Source: an uncultured Alphaproteobacteria bacterium
Lineage (GTDB): Bacteria; Pseudomonadota; Alphaproteobacteria; Micavibrionales; UBA1664
Length of the DNA: 64,000 nt
Direction: 5' to 3'
Assembly (NCBI GenBank): GCA_943789475.1
Contig: CALSUG010000005.1
Coordinates: 205,470 to 269,469 of the forward strand
Shown: in pieces, positions 38,921 to 48,707 of the stretch
Numbering within the stretch: the stretch's first letter is position 1
How the letters are laid out: every line of letters begins with the position of its first letter
Made by a program: the position numbers and the translations under genes
The notes under the pieces: generated by a model
Database searches by the model: none
What the model saw: the letters and a program-made list of their open reading frames with translations, nothing else
Told to the model about the DNA's origin: nothing

Positions 38921-39667
38921 AAAATTCGTTACTTTAGGGCTGATGACAGGCTTTGGGAAAAGAACTTGTTTCGCCTTTTCCGCAGCGTTAATTTTTAAAC
39001 CATTTGATGGTGCATAGATATGCTTGCTCGCCTTAACAATGAGGATACCAGGCTGAAACAGCATTACTGATCCTATTTTATCAAGACAATAACGGTAAAA
39101 TTTTCCTATTTTTGTTTTTGGTTGATACGCTGGAAAAAACAAAAGTCCTTCATACATATCAACAGTAAAATGAGCTTTTGAAAGTAATTTGTTTAATTGA
39201 TCCAATGTGTAAGGGTATCCATGCCCGAATGGGGTATTATCATATTTTGCCCATGCACCTGATCTATTGGGAAATACAATAATTAATTGCCCCTCACCTT
39301 TCAAAACACGCCATGCCTCACGTAAATAGTTTTCAGGCGTCTCCGCAAATTCTAAATCATGGAGCATAACGACAAAATCGGCGTCCTCGGCACGATAGGG
39401 CCAATAAAGTCTATCAGTGACGATATGATTACCATCACTTTCAATAGAATGTTGTTCCTGTATTTCATACGATTGAAATGCCAACCGTTTGGCATTATCT
39501 CTGAATGGTGACGCGTAATGAGAAGTACCGCTAGAACATACACATGTCGTTTTTTTTAATTTTTGTACTGACACAATTTTTAACAATGATCGCATGATCA
39601 CATCTCTTGCATATTGCCCAAGATCCGTATCATAAAAACTATTAATTTTGTGAAGGTCAATCTTCAT
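38912..39667 (-). CDS. class I SAM-dependent methyltransferase-like protein
   Basis: 251 aa. The LKGEGQLIIVFPNR region and the synteny (between plsC and mutT) fit the conserved alphaproteobacterial methyltransferase-domain protein. SAM motif I is not clear. Confidence 0.5.
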   Translation of the reverse strand: MKIDLHKINSFYDTDLGQYARDVIMRSLLKIVSVQKLKKTTCVCSSGTSHYASPFRDNAKRLAFQSYEIQEQHSIESDGNHIVTDRLYWPYRAEDADFVVMLHDLEFAETPENYLREAWRVLKGEGQLIIVFPNRSGAWAKYDNTPFGHGYPYTLDQLNKLLSKAHFTVDMYEGLLFFPAYQPKTKIGKFYRYCLDKIGSVMLFQPGILIVKASKHIYAPSNGLKINAAEKAKQVLFPKPVISPKVTNFLK

Positions 39668-39677
39668 AAGGGGTAGA

Positions 39678-40148
39678 TTATACCAATTGGTGGATCAAGG
39701 GAATAAGCGGTATATCTGCAGGGAGCATTGGATAATCGAACAGTTCTTGTTTTGTTACCCACTTTAATTTTTGTCTCTCTTGTGGCATTGGTATTCCCTT
39801 CCAAGTTCGACATGCGAACAAAGGCATCAAAAGGTGAAAATCATCATAAGAATGTGAAGCAAACGTCAATGGTTGCAAGCAATCAACACCAGTCATAATA
39901 CCTAATTCTTCATTTAATTCCCGGATCAATGCATATTCTGGTGTTTCATTTGTATCAACTTTTCCACCTGGGAATTCCCACAATCCTGCCATTGGCTTTC
40001 CCTCGGGCCGTTGTGCCAGTAATATGCGTTCATCCGCATCAATAAGAACGGCCGCAGACACTAAAATTGTTTTTAAATAAGGTACAGGCGGGAGATCGTC
40101 ACCAATCTTACCGCCTGTACATGACTTTACAATGGAAAAATCGATCAT
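39678..40148 (-). CDS. mutT: Nudix hydrolase, MutT-type (8-oxo-dGTP diphosphatase-like)
   Basis: Nudix box GGKVDTNETPEYALIRELNEELGI. Confidence 0.8.
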   Translation of the reverse strand: MIDFSIVKSCTGGKIGDDLPPVPYLKTILVSAAVLIDADERILLAQRPEGKPMAGLWEFPGGKVDTNETPEYALIRELNEELGIMTGVDCLQPLTFASHSYDDFHLLMPLFACRTWKGIPMPQERQKLKWVTKQELFDYPMLPADIPLIPLIHQLV

Positions 40149-41095
40149 TATTTTTCAGTTTTTTCCTCTACAGGTTTTCCTTCTGCTTTAGTGGTTTCTT
40201 TTTTCAATGGTTGGCCCTGCACGTCAAATAATTCAATATTTGCGTTTTTACGCAGTTCTTGCATTTTTTCTGATACAACGCCTTGGGATAATTGTTGTTT
40301 AATTTGATCTGCGATTTCTGCCAATTTTGGTTTTGTACGGACACGTTCTTCCATTATTTTAATGATGTGATATCCGAATTGTGTTTTAACAATTTTGTCA
40401 CTCACCGCACCCACTTCCATTTCGAAAGCAGCTTTTGAAAATTCTGGAACCATTTCACCGGCGACAAAATAACCAAGGTCACCACCGTTTTCTGCGGAGG
40501 GGCCTTCGGAGTTTTCTTTTGCTAATTTTGCAAAATCAGATGTCTTCTTTGCTTTGATTAAAATAGCATTAGCTTTCTTTTCGTCTTTAATCAGAATGTG
40601 ACTTGCGCGACGTTCTTTCATATCTGGTGCATTAACAACTAAGTTATTATAGGCACGCTCAACATCTTTATCAGAAACGCCTTTATTACCTAATTCCTCT
40701 AAATAGACGGCACGGATGGCCTGCTCTAACGCTGGTTTTGCTTTTTCAATAACGTCTGAATTAGTAACACTAACACCAGCCTTTGAGGCTGCCTGTGTTA
40801 ATAATGTACCAGCTAAGTATTGTTCTTGCATCATAGGAAACAATTTTTCCATTGGTGCTCCCTCTGGTACACGAGAACCAGAACGGTTGAAGTTATCTAA
40901 TATTTCTGCACGTGTTATGCTTTTACCATTAATAGTCATGACAATTGGGTTGTTTTCACCAACAGTAAATGTTTGAGCAGACTCATTTGGTAGGGTTGGT
41001 TTGTTCATGTGCAACATTAGTGAATACACAACGGCGATCAACGCAATAATAATAGAAATTGCTGTTGTTAAGTTTTGTTTTGAATTTTCTGCCAT
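40148..41095 (-). CDS. parvulin-type peptidyl-prolyl cis-trans isomerase (PpiC/SurA-N-like, membrane anchored)
   Basis: It has an N-terminal TM helix and a rotamase domain ASHILIKDE...GGDLGYF...FGYHIIKI. It is divergent from secA. Confidence 0.85.
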   Translation of the reverse strand: MAENSKQNLTTAISIIIALIAVVYSLMLHMNKPTLPNESAQTFTVGENNPIVMTINGKSITRAEILDNFNRSGSRVPEGAPMEKLFPMMQEQYLAGTLLTQAASKAGVSVTNSDVIEKAKPALEQAIRAVYLEELGNKGVSDKDVERAYNNLVVNAPDMKERRASHILIKDEKKANAILIKAKKTSDFAKLAKENSEGPSAENGGDLGYFVAGEMVPEFSKAAFEMEVGAVSDKIVKTQFGYHIIKIMEERVRTKPKLAEIADQIKQQLSQGVVSEKMQELRKNANIELFDVQGQPLKKETTKAEGKPVEEKTEK

Positions 41096-41224
41096 GTTTT
41101 AACCTCTTTATTGGTGTTTGTGATGAGAGGCATTATGCCATGGATAAGAGATGAATCAAGATTGACGTCATCTGCTTGGACATTTATACACAACATAGAA
41201 TTTGTAAAAGAAAAAGATATTAAA

Positions 41225-43936
41225 ATGGTTTTATCACTCATCAATAAAATGTTTGGATCGTCTAATGATCGCGCGTTAAAAAAATTATCTGCCCCTGTCG
41301 ATACAATTAATGGATTAGAGAACGATTTTAAATCGTTAAACGATACACAGCTCCAAAATAAAACAGGTGAATTCCGTGATCGCCTAACAGCAGGTGAAAC
41401 GTTGAATGATATTTTACCAGAAGCATTTGCAACGGTTCGTGAGGCAGCCAAAAGAACGTTGGGTCAGCGTCATTACGATGTTCAACTGATTGGTGGTATT
41501 ACCTTACACGAAGGTATGATTGCCGAAATGCGTACAGGTGAAGGTAAAACGCTTGTGGCGACACTCGCTGTTTATTTAAATGCAATTGAACGCAAAGGTG
41601 TTCATGTTGTAACTGTGAACGATTATTTAGCTGAACGTGATTCACAATGGATGGGACAGGTTTATCGTTTTCTTGGTTTAAGCGTTGGTTGTATCAAAGG
41701 TGGATTGGATGATGCAGAACGCAAAATCGCCTATGCATGTGATGTAACATATGGAACGAATAACGAATTTGGTTTTGATTACCTGCGCGATAATATGAAA
41801 TTCCGTTTAGAAGAGATGGTTCAACGTGAATTTAACTTTGCAATTGTTGATGAGGTTGACTCAATTTTAATTGATGAAGCACGTACACCATTGATTATTT
41901 CAGGACCTGCCGAAACATCATCTGAATTATATGTTGAAATTGATAAAATTATTCCATCACTTGTTGGTGCAGATTACGAATTGGATGAAAAGGCTCGTTC
42001 AATCACATTGACAGATGCAGGTGTTGAGCATTCTGAGGAATTGTTGAACAAATCGGGTGTTTTGACCGAAGGAACATTATTTGATGCACAGAACATCACC
42101 CTTATTCACCATGTAAACCAAGCGTTGCGCGCGCATAAATTATTTTCACGTGATTCCGATTATATCGTACAAGATAATCAAGTTATCATTATTGATGAAT
42201 TTACAGGCCGCATGATGGAAGGTCGTCGCTTTTCTGAAGGGTTACACCAAGCTTTAGAGGCAAAAGAAAAAGTTGAAATTCAAAATGAAAATCAAACTTT
42301 GGCTTCCATTACATTCCAAAATTATTTCCGCCTTTACCCAAAATTGGCGGGTATGACAGGAACGGCGATGACAGAAGCCACAGAATTTGAAGAAATTTAT
42401 AATCTGCGCGTTATAGATATACCAACAAATATTCCTGTGTCACGTATCGATCATGAAGATCAAATTTATAAAAATTTCGATGATAAAATTGAGGCTATTC
42501 TTATTACAATAGAGCATGCAGTTTCAAAAAAACAACCTGTTTTGGTGGGAACAACTTCAATTGAAAAATCAGAACTTCTTTCGAAGCATTTGAAAAAACG
42601 TAAAATTAAACACAATGTTTTAAATGCACGACAGCACGAAAAAGAAGCTGAAATTATCGCCATGGCAGGTATTCCGGGTAACGTAACCATTGCCACTAAT
42701 ATGGCTGGTCGTGGTACAGATATTCAATTGGGTGGTAATTTTGAAATGCGGATCGAAAACGAAGTTGATCTAAAATGGACACCTGAAAAACAAGAAAAAA
42801 CAACAGTAAAAATAAAAACTGAAATTGAGGAAGCTCGCGAGGCCGTACGTCAATCGGGTGGTCTATGTGTTATTGGAACGGAACGTCATGAATCGCGCCG
42901 TATCGATAATCAATTGCGTGGTCGTTCTGGTCGTCAGGGTGATAATGGCGAAACAATATTTTTCCTATCGTTAGATGATGATTTGATGCGTATTTTTGGT
43001 GCAGAAAAACTGGCTCCTCTCCTCGCCCATCGTAAAATTGGATTAAAAGATGGCGAAGCGTTAACGCACCCGTTGATTTCTAAAACATTGGAGCGCGCAC
43101 AGGTGAAAGTTGAACAACAAAATTACGAAATCCGTAAAAATCTTTTGAAGTTTGATGATGTTATGAATGACCAACGTAAGGTCATTTACGAACAACGTCG
43201 CGATATTATGGATTCAGAAGATCTATCTGATTTGATCATCGAAATGCGCACAGATGTTATTGCGGATTTGGTTGAACGCAATATGCCTGCAGGATCCCTG
43301 CCCGACCAATGGAATATTGATACGATGATGAGTGAAACACAACGTATTCTAAATGTATCTGCCCCTATCGATGAGTGGGCAAAAGAAGAAGGTATTGGCG
43401 AAGAAGAAATTGAAAACCGTATTCGTGATATGGCAGATAAATATATGGCATTAAAGGCAACTAATATGGATGCTAACGTCATGCGCCGTGTTGAAAAGGC
43501 GATTATCCTTCAACAATTGGATACACAATGGAAAGATCACTTGTTAAATCTTGATCACTTGCGCCAAGGAATATCTTTGCGTGCATTTGCACAACGTGAT
43601 CCGTTGAATGAATATAAGGCCGAAGCGTTCGGATATTTTCAAACGATGCTTGATAACCTGCGCGAACATGTGACGATGATGTTGGCAATTGTTGAAATTG
43701 ATTCTGATCGTGGTGCAGTCAATATGATGCCCAAGGCCAATTTTGATGATGTTGAGGCACAACATGACACGTACGAAGCAACGGAATCTGAAACGAAAGT
43801 GATGCCGTTTAAACGTGATGAATTTAATAAAGACGATCCCGCAACGTGGGATAACGTATCACGTAATTCGCCGTGCCCGTGTGGTTCAGGTAAAAAATAC
43901 AAACATTGTCATGGTGCGGTTGCGGCAAACAGTTAA
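41225..43936 (+). CDS. secA: preprotein translocase ATPase SecA
   Basis: It has [11 protein letters not shown], a DEAD-like [20 protein letters not shown], and a C-terminal zinc motif [14 protein letters not shown]. The start is at ATG 41225 ([12 protein letters not shown]); the track extension is rejected. Confidence 0.95.
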   Translation: MVLSLINKMFGSSNDRALKKLSAPVDTINGLENDFKSLNDTQLQNKTGEFRDRLTAGETLNDILPEAFATVREAAKRTLGQRHYDVQLIGGITLHEGMIAEMRTGEGKTLVATLAVYLNAIERKGVHVVTVNDYLAERDSQWMGQVYRFLGLSVGCIKGGLDDAERKIAYACDVTYGTNNEFGFDYLRDNMKFRLEEMVQREFNFAIVDEVDSILIDEARTPLIISGPAETSSELYVEIDKIIPSLVGADYELDEKARSITLTDAGVEHSEELLNKSGVLTEGTLFDAQNITLIHHVNQALRAHKLFSRDSDYIVQDNQVIIIDEFTGRMMEGRRFSEGLHQALEAKEKVEIQNENQTLASITFQNYFRLYPKLAGMTGTAMTEATEFEEIYNLRVIDIPTNIPVSRIDHEDQIYKNFDDKIEAILITIEHAVSKKQPVLVGTTSIEKSELLSKHLKKRKIKHNVLNARQHEKEAEIIAMAGIPGNVTIATNMAGRGTDIQLGGNFEMRIENEVDLKWTPEKQEKTTVKIKTEIEEAREAVRQSGGLCVIGTERHESRRIDNQLRGRSGRQGDNGETIFFLSLDDDLMRIFGAEKLAPLLAHRKIGLKDGEALTHPLISKTLERAQVKVEQQNYEIRKNLLKFDDVMNDQRKVIYEQRRDIMDSEDLSDLIIEMRTDVIADLVERNMPAGSLPDQWNIDTMMSETQRILNVSAPIDEWAKEEGIGEEEIENRIRDMADKYMALKATNMDANVMRRVEKAIILQQLDTQWKDHLLNLDHLRQGISLRAFAQRDPLNEYKAEAFGYFQTMLDNLREHVTMMLAIVEIDSDRGAVNMMPKANFDDVEAQHDTYEATESETKVMPFKRDEFNKDDPATWDNVSRNSPCPCGSGKKYKHCHGAVAANS

Positions 43937-43955
43937 TTTACGATATACTGTTACT

Positions 43956-44630
43956 ATGAAGCATCAGTATAATTGTCGTGGGAACGTTTTGTTTATAATT
44001 TTAATCGCCGTAGCATTATTTGCGGCCCTGTCTTATGCCGTGTCTAATTCTTTCCGTGGTGGTTCTGAAACGATAATTGATGAACAGGCACGCGTTGCCG
44101 CTGGTGATGTATTGCGTCATATGGAATCTATCAAAAGTGGATATAAATATTTGGTTGATATACAGGGGTGTTCCATTGATGAGGTCAGTGACGCATACCC
44201 TGCAACGGCGCCCTATGACTGTGATCTTTTTCATCCACAAGGTGCAGGCATAAGATATCCAGAAAGATTGGCACAATACCAGATGGAAGCGGAGGTTCTT
44301 GCCATTTCACCAACTCAATTAGGTAAATTTTCATTTAATTTTCCTAATGCTTGGACAAGTGGAACTTATGCAGGTGATTATCGTTGGGTTGGCGCGGGAA
44401 GTGGTGATCAAGACATTATGGTGGGGCTTAATTTTGTGACTGAAAAAATTTGCACCGCGGTTAATGAAAAAATCGGCTTGCGATTTGCGGCGTTACCTGT
44501 TGAAGATGATGCTGACTTTGGTGATGATGTTTCAGAATTTGTTGGAAAAAATGTTGGGTGCGCGAAAAAATCAAATATAGCGGCACCAAATGTTAATTAT
44601 CAAGTTAAAATGGTCCTTATGGCATTTTAA
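43956..44630 (+). CDS. pilin-like paralog 1 (224 aa): (R)G-NVLFIILIAVALFAALSY N-terminus, 4 conserved Cys
   Basis: See finding. The start at ATG 43956 is 19 nt after the secA stop. The track ORF 43815.. overlaps secA and is rejected upstream of this Met. Confidence 0.6.
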   Translation: MKHQYNCRGNVLFIILIAVALFAALSYAVSNSFRGGSETIIDEQARVAAGDVLRHMESIKSGYKYLVDIQGCSIDEVSDAYPATAPYDCDLFHPQGAGIRYPERLAQYQMEAEVLAISPTQLGKFSFNFPNAWTSGTYAGDYRWVGAGSGDQDIMVGLNFVTEKICTAVNEKIGLRFAALPVEDDADFGDDVSEFVGKNVGCAKKSNIAAPNVNYQVKMVLMAF

Positions 44631-44686
44631 ATATTCAATTGTATTGAACGATTGAAACTTCATACCGTTCCTATACACTTATTCTT

Positions 44687-45358
44687 ATGATTATACAAAA
44701 TAACAAAGGTAATGTGCTTTTTATTATCCTTATTGCCGTGGCATTGTTTGCGGCGTTGTCCTATGTCGTGTCTAGTTCATTCCGCGGCGGAACGAGTGGT
44801 ATAACTGATGAAAAGGCACGTGTTGCCGCGGGTGAACTTCTTCGTAAAATGGATGAAATTTCACAAGGATTTCATTTTTTATGGACACAACGGGAATGTT
44901 CAATGGATGATATTAGTTTTCAACATCCTGCAACGGCCCCCCATGATTGTGATATTTTTCACCCTGATGGTGCATCGATTAGTTATCCTGATAATTTACT
45001 AGATTACCAAGATAATCCACAATCTTTGGCAGGTGTTTTTAGATTTGTTAATCCTGCCTATTGGGTGTCTGGTGCTCAAGCTCCAAATTACTATGTTGTT
45101 GGTTTAGGGACAACAGCACAAGAATTAATGATGCGTTTACTTTATGTGAAAAAAGAGATTTGTGAAAATATAAACAAACTTGTTAATCCTGAAATCACAG
45201 TGATGCCATCTGTTCCTGAAACTGCAACAAGCCCCGCGACGACAGGAAATGACCCTCTCGAGGCAGAGTTAGCAGGAAAAAGAAAGGGGTGTCGAAAAAT
45301 GTTCCATGCAACCCTTGGTGAGGCACATCAAGCTTTTTTTGTTATTCAGGAGTTTTAA
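44687..45358 (+). CDS. pilin-like paralog 2 (223 aa)
   Basis: It has the same N-terminal 35 aa and the same Cys pattern as paralog 1. Confidence 0.6.
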   Translation: MIIQNNKGNVLFIILIAVALFAALSYVVSSSFRGGTSGITDEKARVAAGELLRKMDEISQGFHFLWTQRECSMDDISFQHPATAPHDCDIFHPDGASISYPDNLLDYQDNPQSLAGVFRFVNPAYWVSGAQAPNYYVVGLGTTAQELMMRLLYVKKEICENINKLVNPEITVMPSVPETATSPATTGNDPLEAELAGKRKGCRKMFHATLGEAHQAFFVIQEF

Positions 45359-45361
45359 ATC

Positions 45362-46099
45362 ATGTCCAATTTTTCATTCAAATCACGCGGTAACGCTCTA
45401 TTCATTATCTTGATAACCGTGGCGTTATTTGCCGCATTATCATATGTTGTGGCACAATCATTCCGTGGTGGAACAACAACAATATCGGATGAGCAGGCGC
45501 GTGTTATGGCCGCGGAAATTTTACGTTATCACGACAGTGTGAAAAATGCCGTTTCAAAGTTAACTTTTGATGGGTGTTCAGAATCTGAACTTGATTTTAC
45601 GGTTCCAGAATGGACGAGGGTTAATGGAACGTTGAACATTATAGCAAACACGAATGCGCCGGGGGACAATTCATGTTCTATTTTCCATGTTCTCGGTGGT
45701 GGTGTGCCAATTGTTACGTTTGATAAAGCGGCAGTGAATGAAAGAGAGCTATTGGTGCCTGGCGCTTTTAAACCAGGGACAAGTGCCGTCTTTTTTAATC
45801 GTTCAAAGGATGTTGGTACAGATGCGTTGAGCGATTTGTCTATTTATACACTTAATCTTACGGATAGTGTTTGTGAAAATATTAATAAACAATTGAAATT
45901 TAATAATGGTCAAATCCCAAGCTATACTCATGCTCATTTTAATACTTATGCTAATGGAACATTTCCAACGTACCCTGCGGTTAGCATTGATGAACCTGAG
46001 GTTTCTAATGTAAAATCATTTTGTTATGACGAAGGTGTTTTGGCCGCGCATAATACTGCGGGTGTAAATACATTCATGACAGTTATTTTGGAACGATAG
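45362..46099 (+). CDS. pilin-like paralog 3 (245 aa)
   Basis: It has the same N-terminal module (RGNALFIILITVALFAALSYVV.QSFRGG). AGGAG SD lies 9 nt upstream. Confidence 0.6.
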   Translation: MSNFSFKSRGNALFIILITVALFAALSYVVAQSFRGGTTTISDEQARVMAAEILRYHDSVKNAVSKLTFDGCSESELDFTVPEWTRVNGTLNIIANTNAPGDNSCSIFHVLGGGVPIVTFDKAAVNERELLVPGAFKPGTSAVFFNRSKDVGTDALSDLSIYTLNLTDSVCENINKQLKFNNGQIPSYTHAHFNTYANGTFPTYPAVSIDEPEVSNVKSFCYDEGVLAAHNTAGVNTFMTVILER

Positions 46100-46195
46100 A
46101 AACAGAGTTGTCACAATAGTTCTGTGTAAAAAATCAATATTCTTGCTTTTTTATTTTTAACTCGCCTATAGTTAAGCCCTAGGGAGAGAATATAA

Positions 46196-47200
46196 TTGTC
46201 ATCAAATGATAATAAAATAATAAAAATTGCTGTTGGTTTGCAAGGTGGTGGATCATTGGGGGCGTATACGGCTGGCGTTCTTACACAAATTATTGCCAAT
46301 CCAACAATTGAAATTACGGATATTACGGGTACGTCGGCTGGTGCAATGAATGGCATGGTTGTTACCCAGACAATTAATAAATTTGGTTATGGTATAGAAG
46401 GGCGTAATAAAACCATAGAACGCCTTGGCCGATTTTGGAGTGACGTATCGCACCCTCCTCTCCCATTTGGTTTAAAAGAAACACTGAATATAATGGCGGC
46501 GTTCAACCCCCATGGTGCGAAGCAGATCGTTACAAATAGCCTTATTCGACAAATTGAAGATTATGTTATTAACCCACGTGCATTGGCGTCAGGACGTTTG
46601 ATTAATTTAACAATTCCTGCCGTTGATGAAAATGGAAATGAACGGTTATTTATCAATGATCAGATAACACATGATGCCATTCATGCATCGGCTGCCATCC
46701 AACCACATATTCATCCCGTAAAAATTGACGGGTTATACTACATTGATGGTGCGTATGTTGGTGGATCAAACCCTCCTGTTGAACCATTAACGAAAACATT
46801 CAATGATGTTGATGCGGTTGTTTTTATCATGACAAATCCACCAGAGGCCCCTATCCAATGTCGAAAACAAAGTGAATTGTCACATCAAGATGTACTGCAT
46901 ACGAATGACCTTATTTTGCATCAGGCCTATGATCATATTGCTTTGTTATTAGATCAGCGCGCAAAAGGTGCAAATATTCCGCCCATACATATTATTTGGC
47001 CTGATGTTGCACACCCTTATAGTCAAAAACAAAAGCAACAAGTCGATTCTCGTTTTATTAGTGAGCTATATAATCATGGTATTGAGGATGGAGGACACTT
47101 CCTCCATAAGCATAGAAAAACAATCGATTTAAGGTCATCTATGAGCCTAAAAGGGTTGAAAAATAAAGCTATCCACCATCATACACTATGTGTCGCTTAA
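46196..47200 (+). CDS. patatin-like phospholipase
   Basis: It has the oxyanion-hole motif GLQGGGSLGAYTAG, nucleophile elbow GTSAG and catalytic DGAY. A TTG start lies 8 nt after GGGAGAG. A candidate promoter is TTGCTT-18-TATAGT (46143-46172). Confidence 0.8.
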   Translation: MSSNDNKIIKIAVGLQGGGSLGAYTAGVLTQIIANPTIEITDITGTSAGAMNGMVVTQTINKFGYGIEGRNKTIERLGRFWSDVSHPPLPFGLKETLNIMAAFNPHGAKQIVTNSLIRQIEDYVINPRALASGRLINLTIPAVDENGNERLFINDQITHDAIHASAAIQPHIHPVKIDGLYYIDGAYVGGSNPPVEPLTKTFNDVDAVVFIMTNPPEAPIQCRKQSELSHQDVLHTNDLILHQAYDHIALLLDQRAKGANIPPIHIIWPDVAHPYSQKQKQQVDSRFISELYNHGIEDGGHFLHKHRKTIDLRSSMSLKGLKNKAIHHHTLCVA

Positions 47201-48504
47201 TCTTCGATTGGTTCTGGCGCCGTAATCTTTAATGATGTGATCTGGTTACGTTCACGGTTCATAATTTGGAACCTGTATCCATAAAATAAGAAGCTTTGCC
47301 CAACTTCGGGAACCATTTTTGATTCATAAATAATCAAACCAGCAATCGTTGTGTAATCTTCATCAGGTAAATCCCAATCGAGTTCACGGTTTAAATCTCG
47401 TACGGTTAATGTGCCTTCAACAAGGTAGCTGCCATCTTCTTGTATATGAATGCCTGTTGTTTCCAAATCTTGTTCATCATCAATTTCACCAACAATTTCT
47501 TCTAAAACGTCCTCTAGTGTTACAATGCCTTGAAACACACCGTATTCATCTACAACAATCGCGAAATGTTCCTTGCGTTCACGGAATGCTTGTAATTGAT
47601 CAAATAACGTTGTTGTTTCGGGTACAAACCATGGCTCTAGTAAAATAGAATCGATTGATAGTTTTTCAACAGTTCCGCCGACATGCCGTAATTCTCGTAG
47701 TAGGATTTTGGCGTGAATGATCCCAATAATATTGTCTTTATCATCTTTCCATACAGGAATGCGCGTATATGGGCTATCCAATACATCATCAACAATTTTT
47801 TCTATTGGAGAATTTACATCTAACGCCACGACATTACTGCGATGTGTCATAACATCTTCGACATCAACATCGACGAGATCTAGGATGGAGCGTAACATAG
47901 CACGTTTTTCAGAAGATTCTTTATCAGTGATGTCATCATTGTCATGGGCCAAATCAATGGCACCACGTAATTCTTGTACCGCCATATCGGACATATTTAC
48001 ATCGTCTTGCTGACCACCAACAATTTTCAACGCAATATTCACGATTTTGGAAATTAAAAATGTAACTGGTGCAAAGACGCTTACGACACATTTAATGATT
48101 GGCGCGATAGCCAAGGCCACCTTGTCACTATGTGTTAATGCATATGTTTTTGGTAGAACCTCTGCAAAAATTAAGACAATGATCGTCATAACTAATGTCG
48201 CATAAACAACACCTGCTTCCCCGACAAGGTTAATAAAAAATACTGTGGCGATAGAAGAGGCTAAAATATTGACTAGGTTGTTTCCTAATAATAGTGCTCC
48301 AATTAATTTATCCTTACGATCCATCAGAACGTTAACAATTTTTGCTCTCTTATTACCCTCTTTTTCAAGGACTAGCATTCTGGCCTTGGATACAGCTGTT
48401 AACGCGGTTTCTGATCCTGAGAAGAAACCTGATAGACATATCAAGATAAAGATTGAAACGAGTGGGGCCCAAAAAGACCAATCAATTGTATTTAAGAATT
48501 CCAT
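47197..48504 (-). CDS. HlyC/CorC (TlyC) family transporter: DUF21 + CBS pair + CorC_HlyC
   Basis: 435 aa with four N-terminal TM helices (DUF21), a CBS pair and the C-terminal transporter-associated domain. Confidence 0.8.
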   Translation of the reverse strand: MEFLNTIDWSFWAPLVSIFILICLSGFFSGSETALTAVSKARMLVLEKEGNKRAKIVNVLMDRKDKLIGALLLGNNLVNILASSIATVFFINLVGEAGVVYATLVMTIIVLIFAEVLPKTYALTHSDKVALAIAPIIKCVVSVFAPVTFLISKIVNIALKIVGGQQDDVNMSDMAVQELRGAIDLAHDNDDITDKESSEKRAMLRSILDLVDVDVEDVMTHRSNVVALDVNSPIEKIVDDVLDSPYTRIPVWKDDKDNIIGIIHAKILLRELRHVGGTVEKLSIDSILLEPWFVPETTTLFDQLQAFRERKEHFAIVVDEYGVFQGIVTLEDVLEEIVGEIDDEQDLETTGIHIQEDGSYLVEGTLTVRDLNRELDWDLPDEDYTTIAGLIIYESKMVPEVGQSFLFYGYRFQIMNRERNQITSLKITAPEPIED

Positions 48505-48572
48505 GGATTGCTTTCTATCACAAACATCATTAATTTGAAGCCATTATATGAAACATCAAAGGATAAGAATAG

Positions 48573-48707
48573 ATGAAATCTCTCGTTATAATTTTACTTT
48601 TAATCATTAGCGTATTTGTTGGTGGAGCAATGTTTTTATCATTTTCACCAGTTGAAACAAATCAAACGGAAATCACGAAAGAGGTATCTCTTGAAAATAT
48701 TCAATAA
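48573..48707 (+). CDS. hypothetical small single-TM protein (44 aa), below track cutoff
   Basis: The ATG has AAGGA 9 nt upstream. It translates as MKSLVIILLLIISVFVGGAMFLSFSPVETNQTEITKEVSLENIQ and overlaps the start of the next ORF. Confidence 0.35.
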   Translation: MKSLVIILLLIISVFVGGAMFLSFSPVETNQTEITKEVSLENIQ

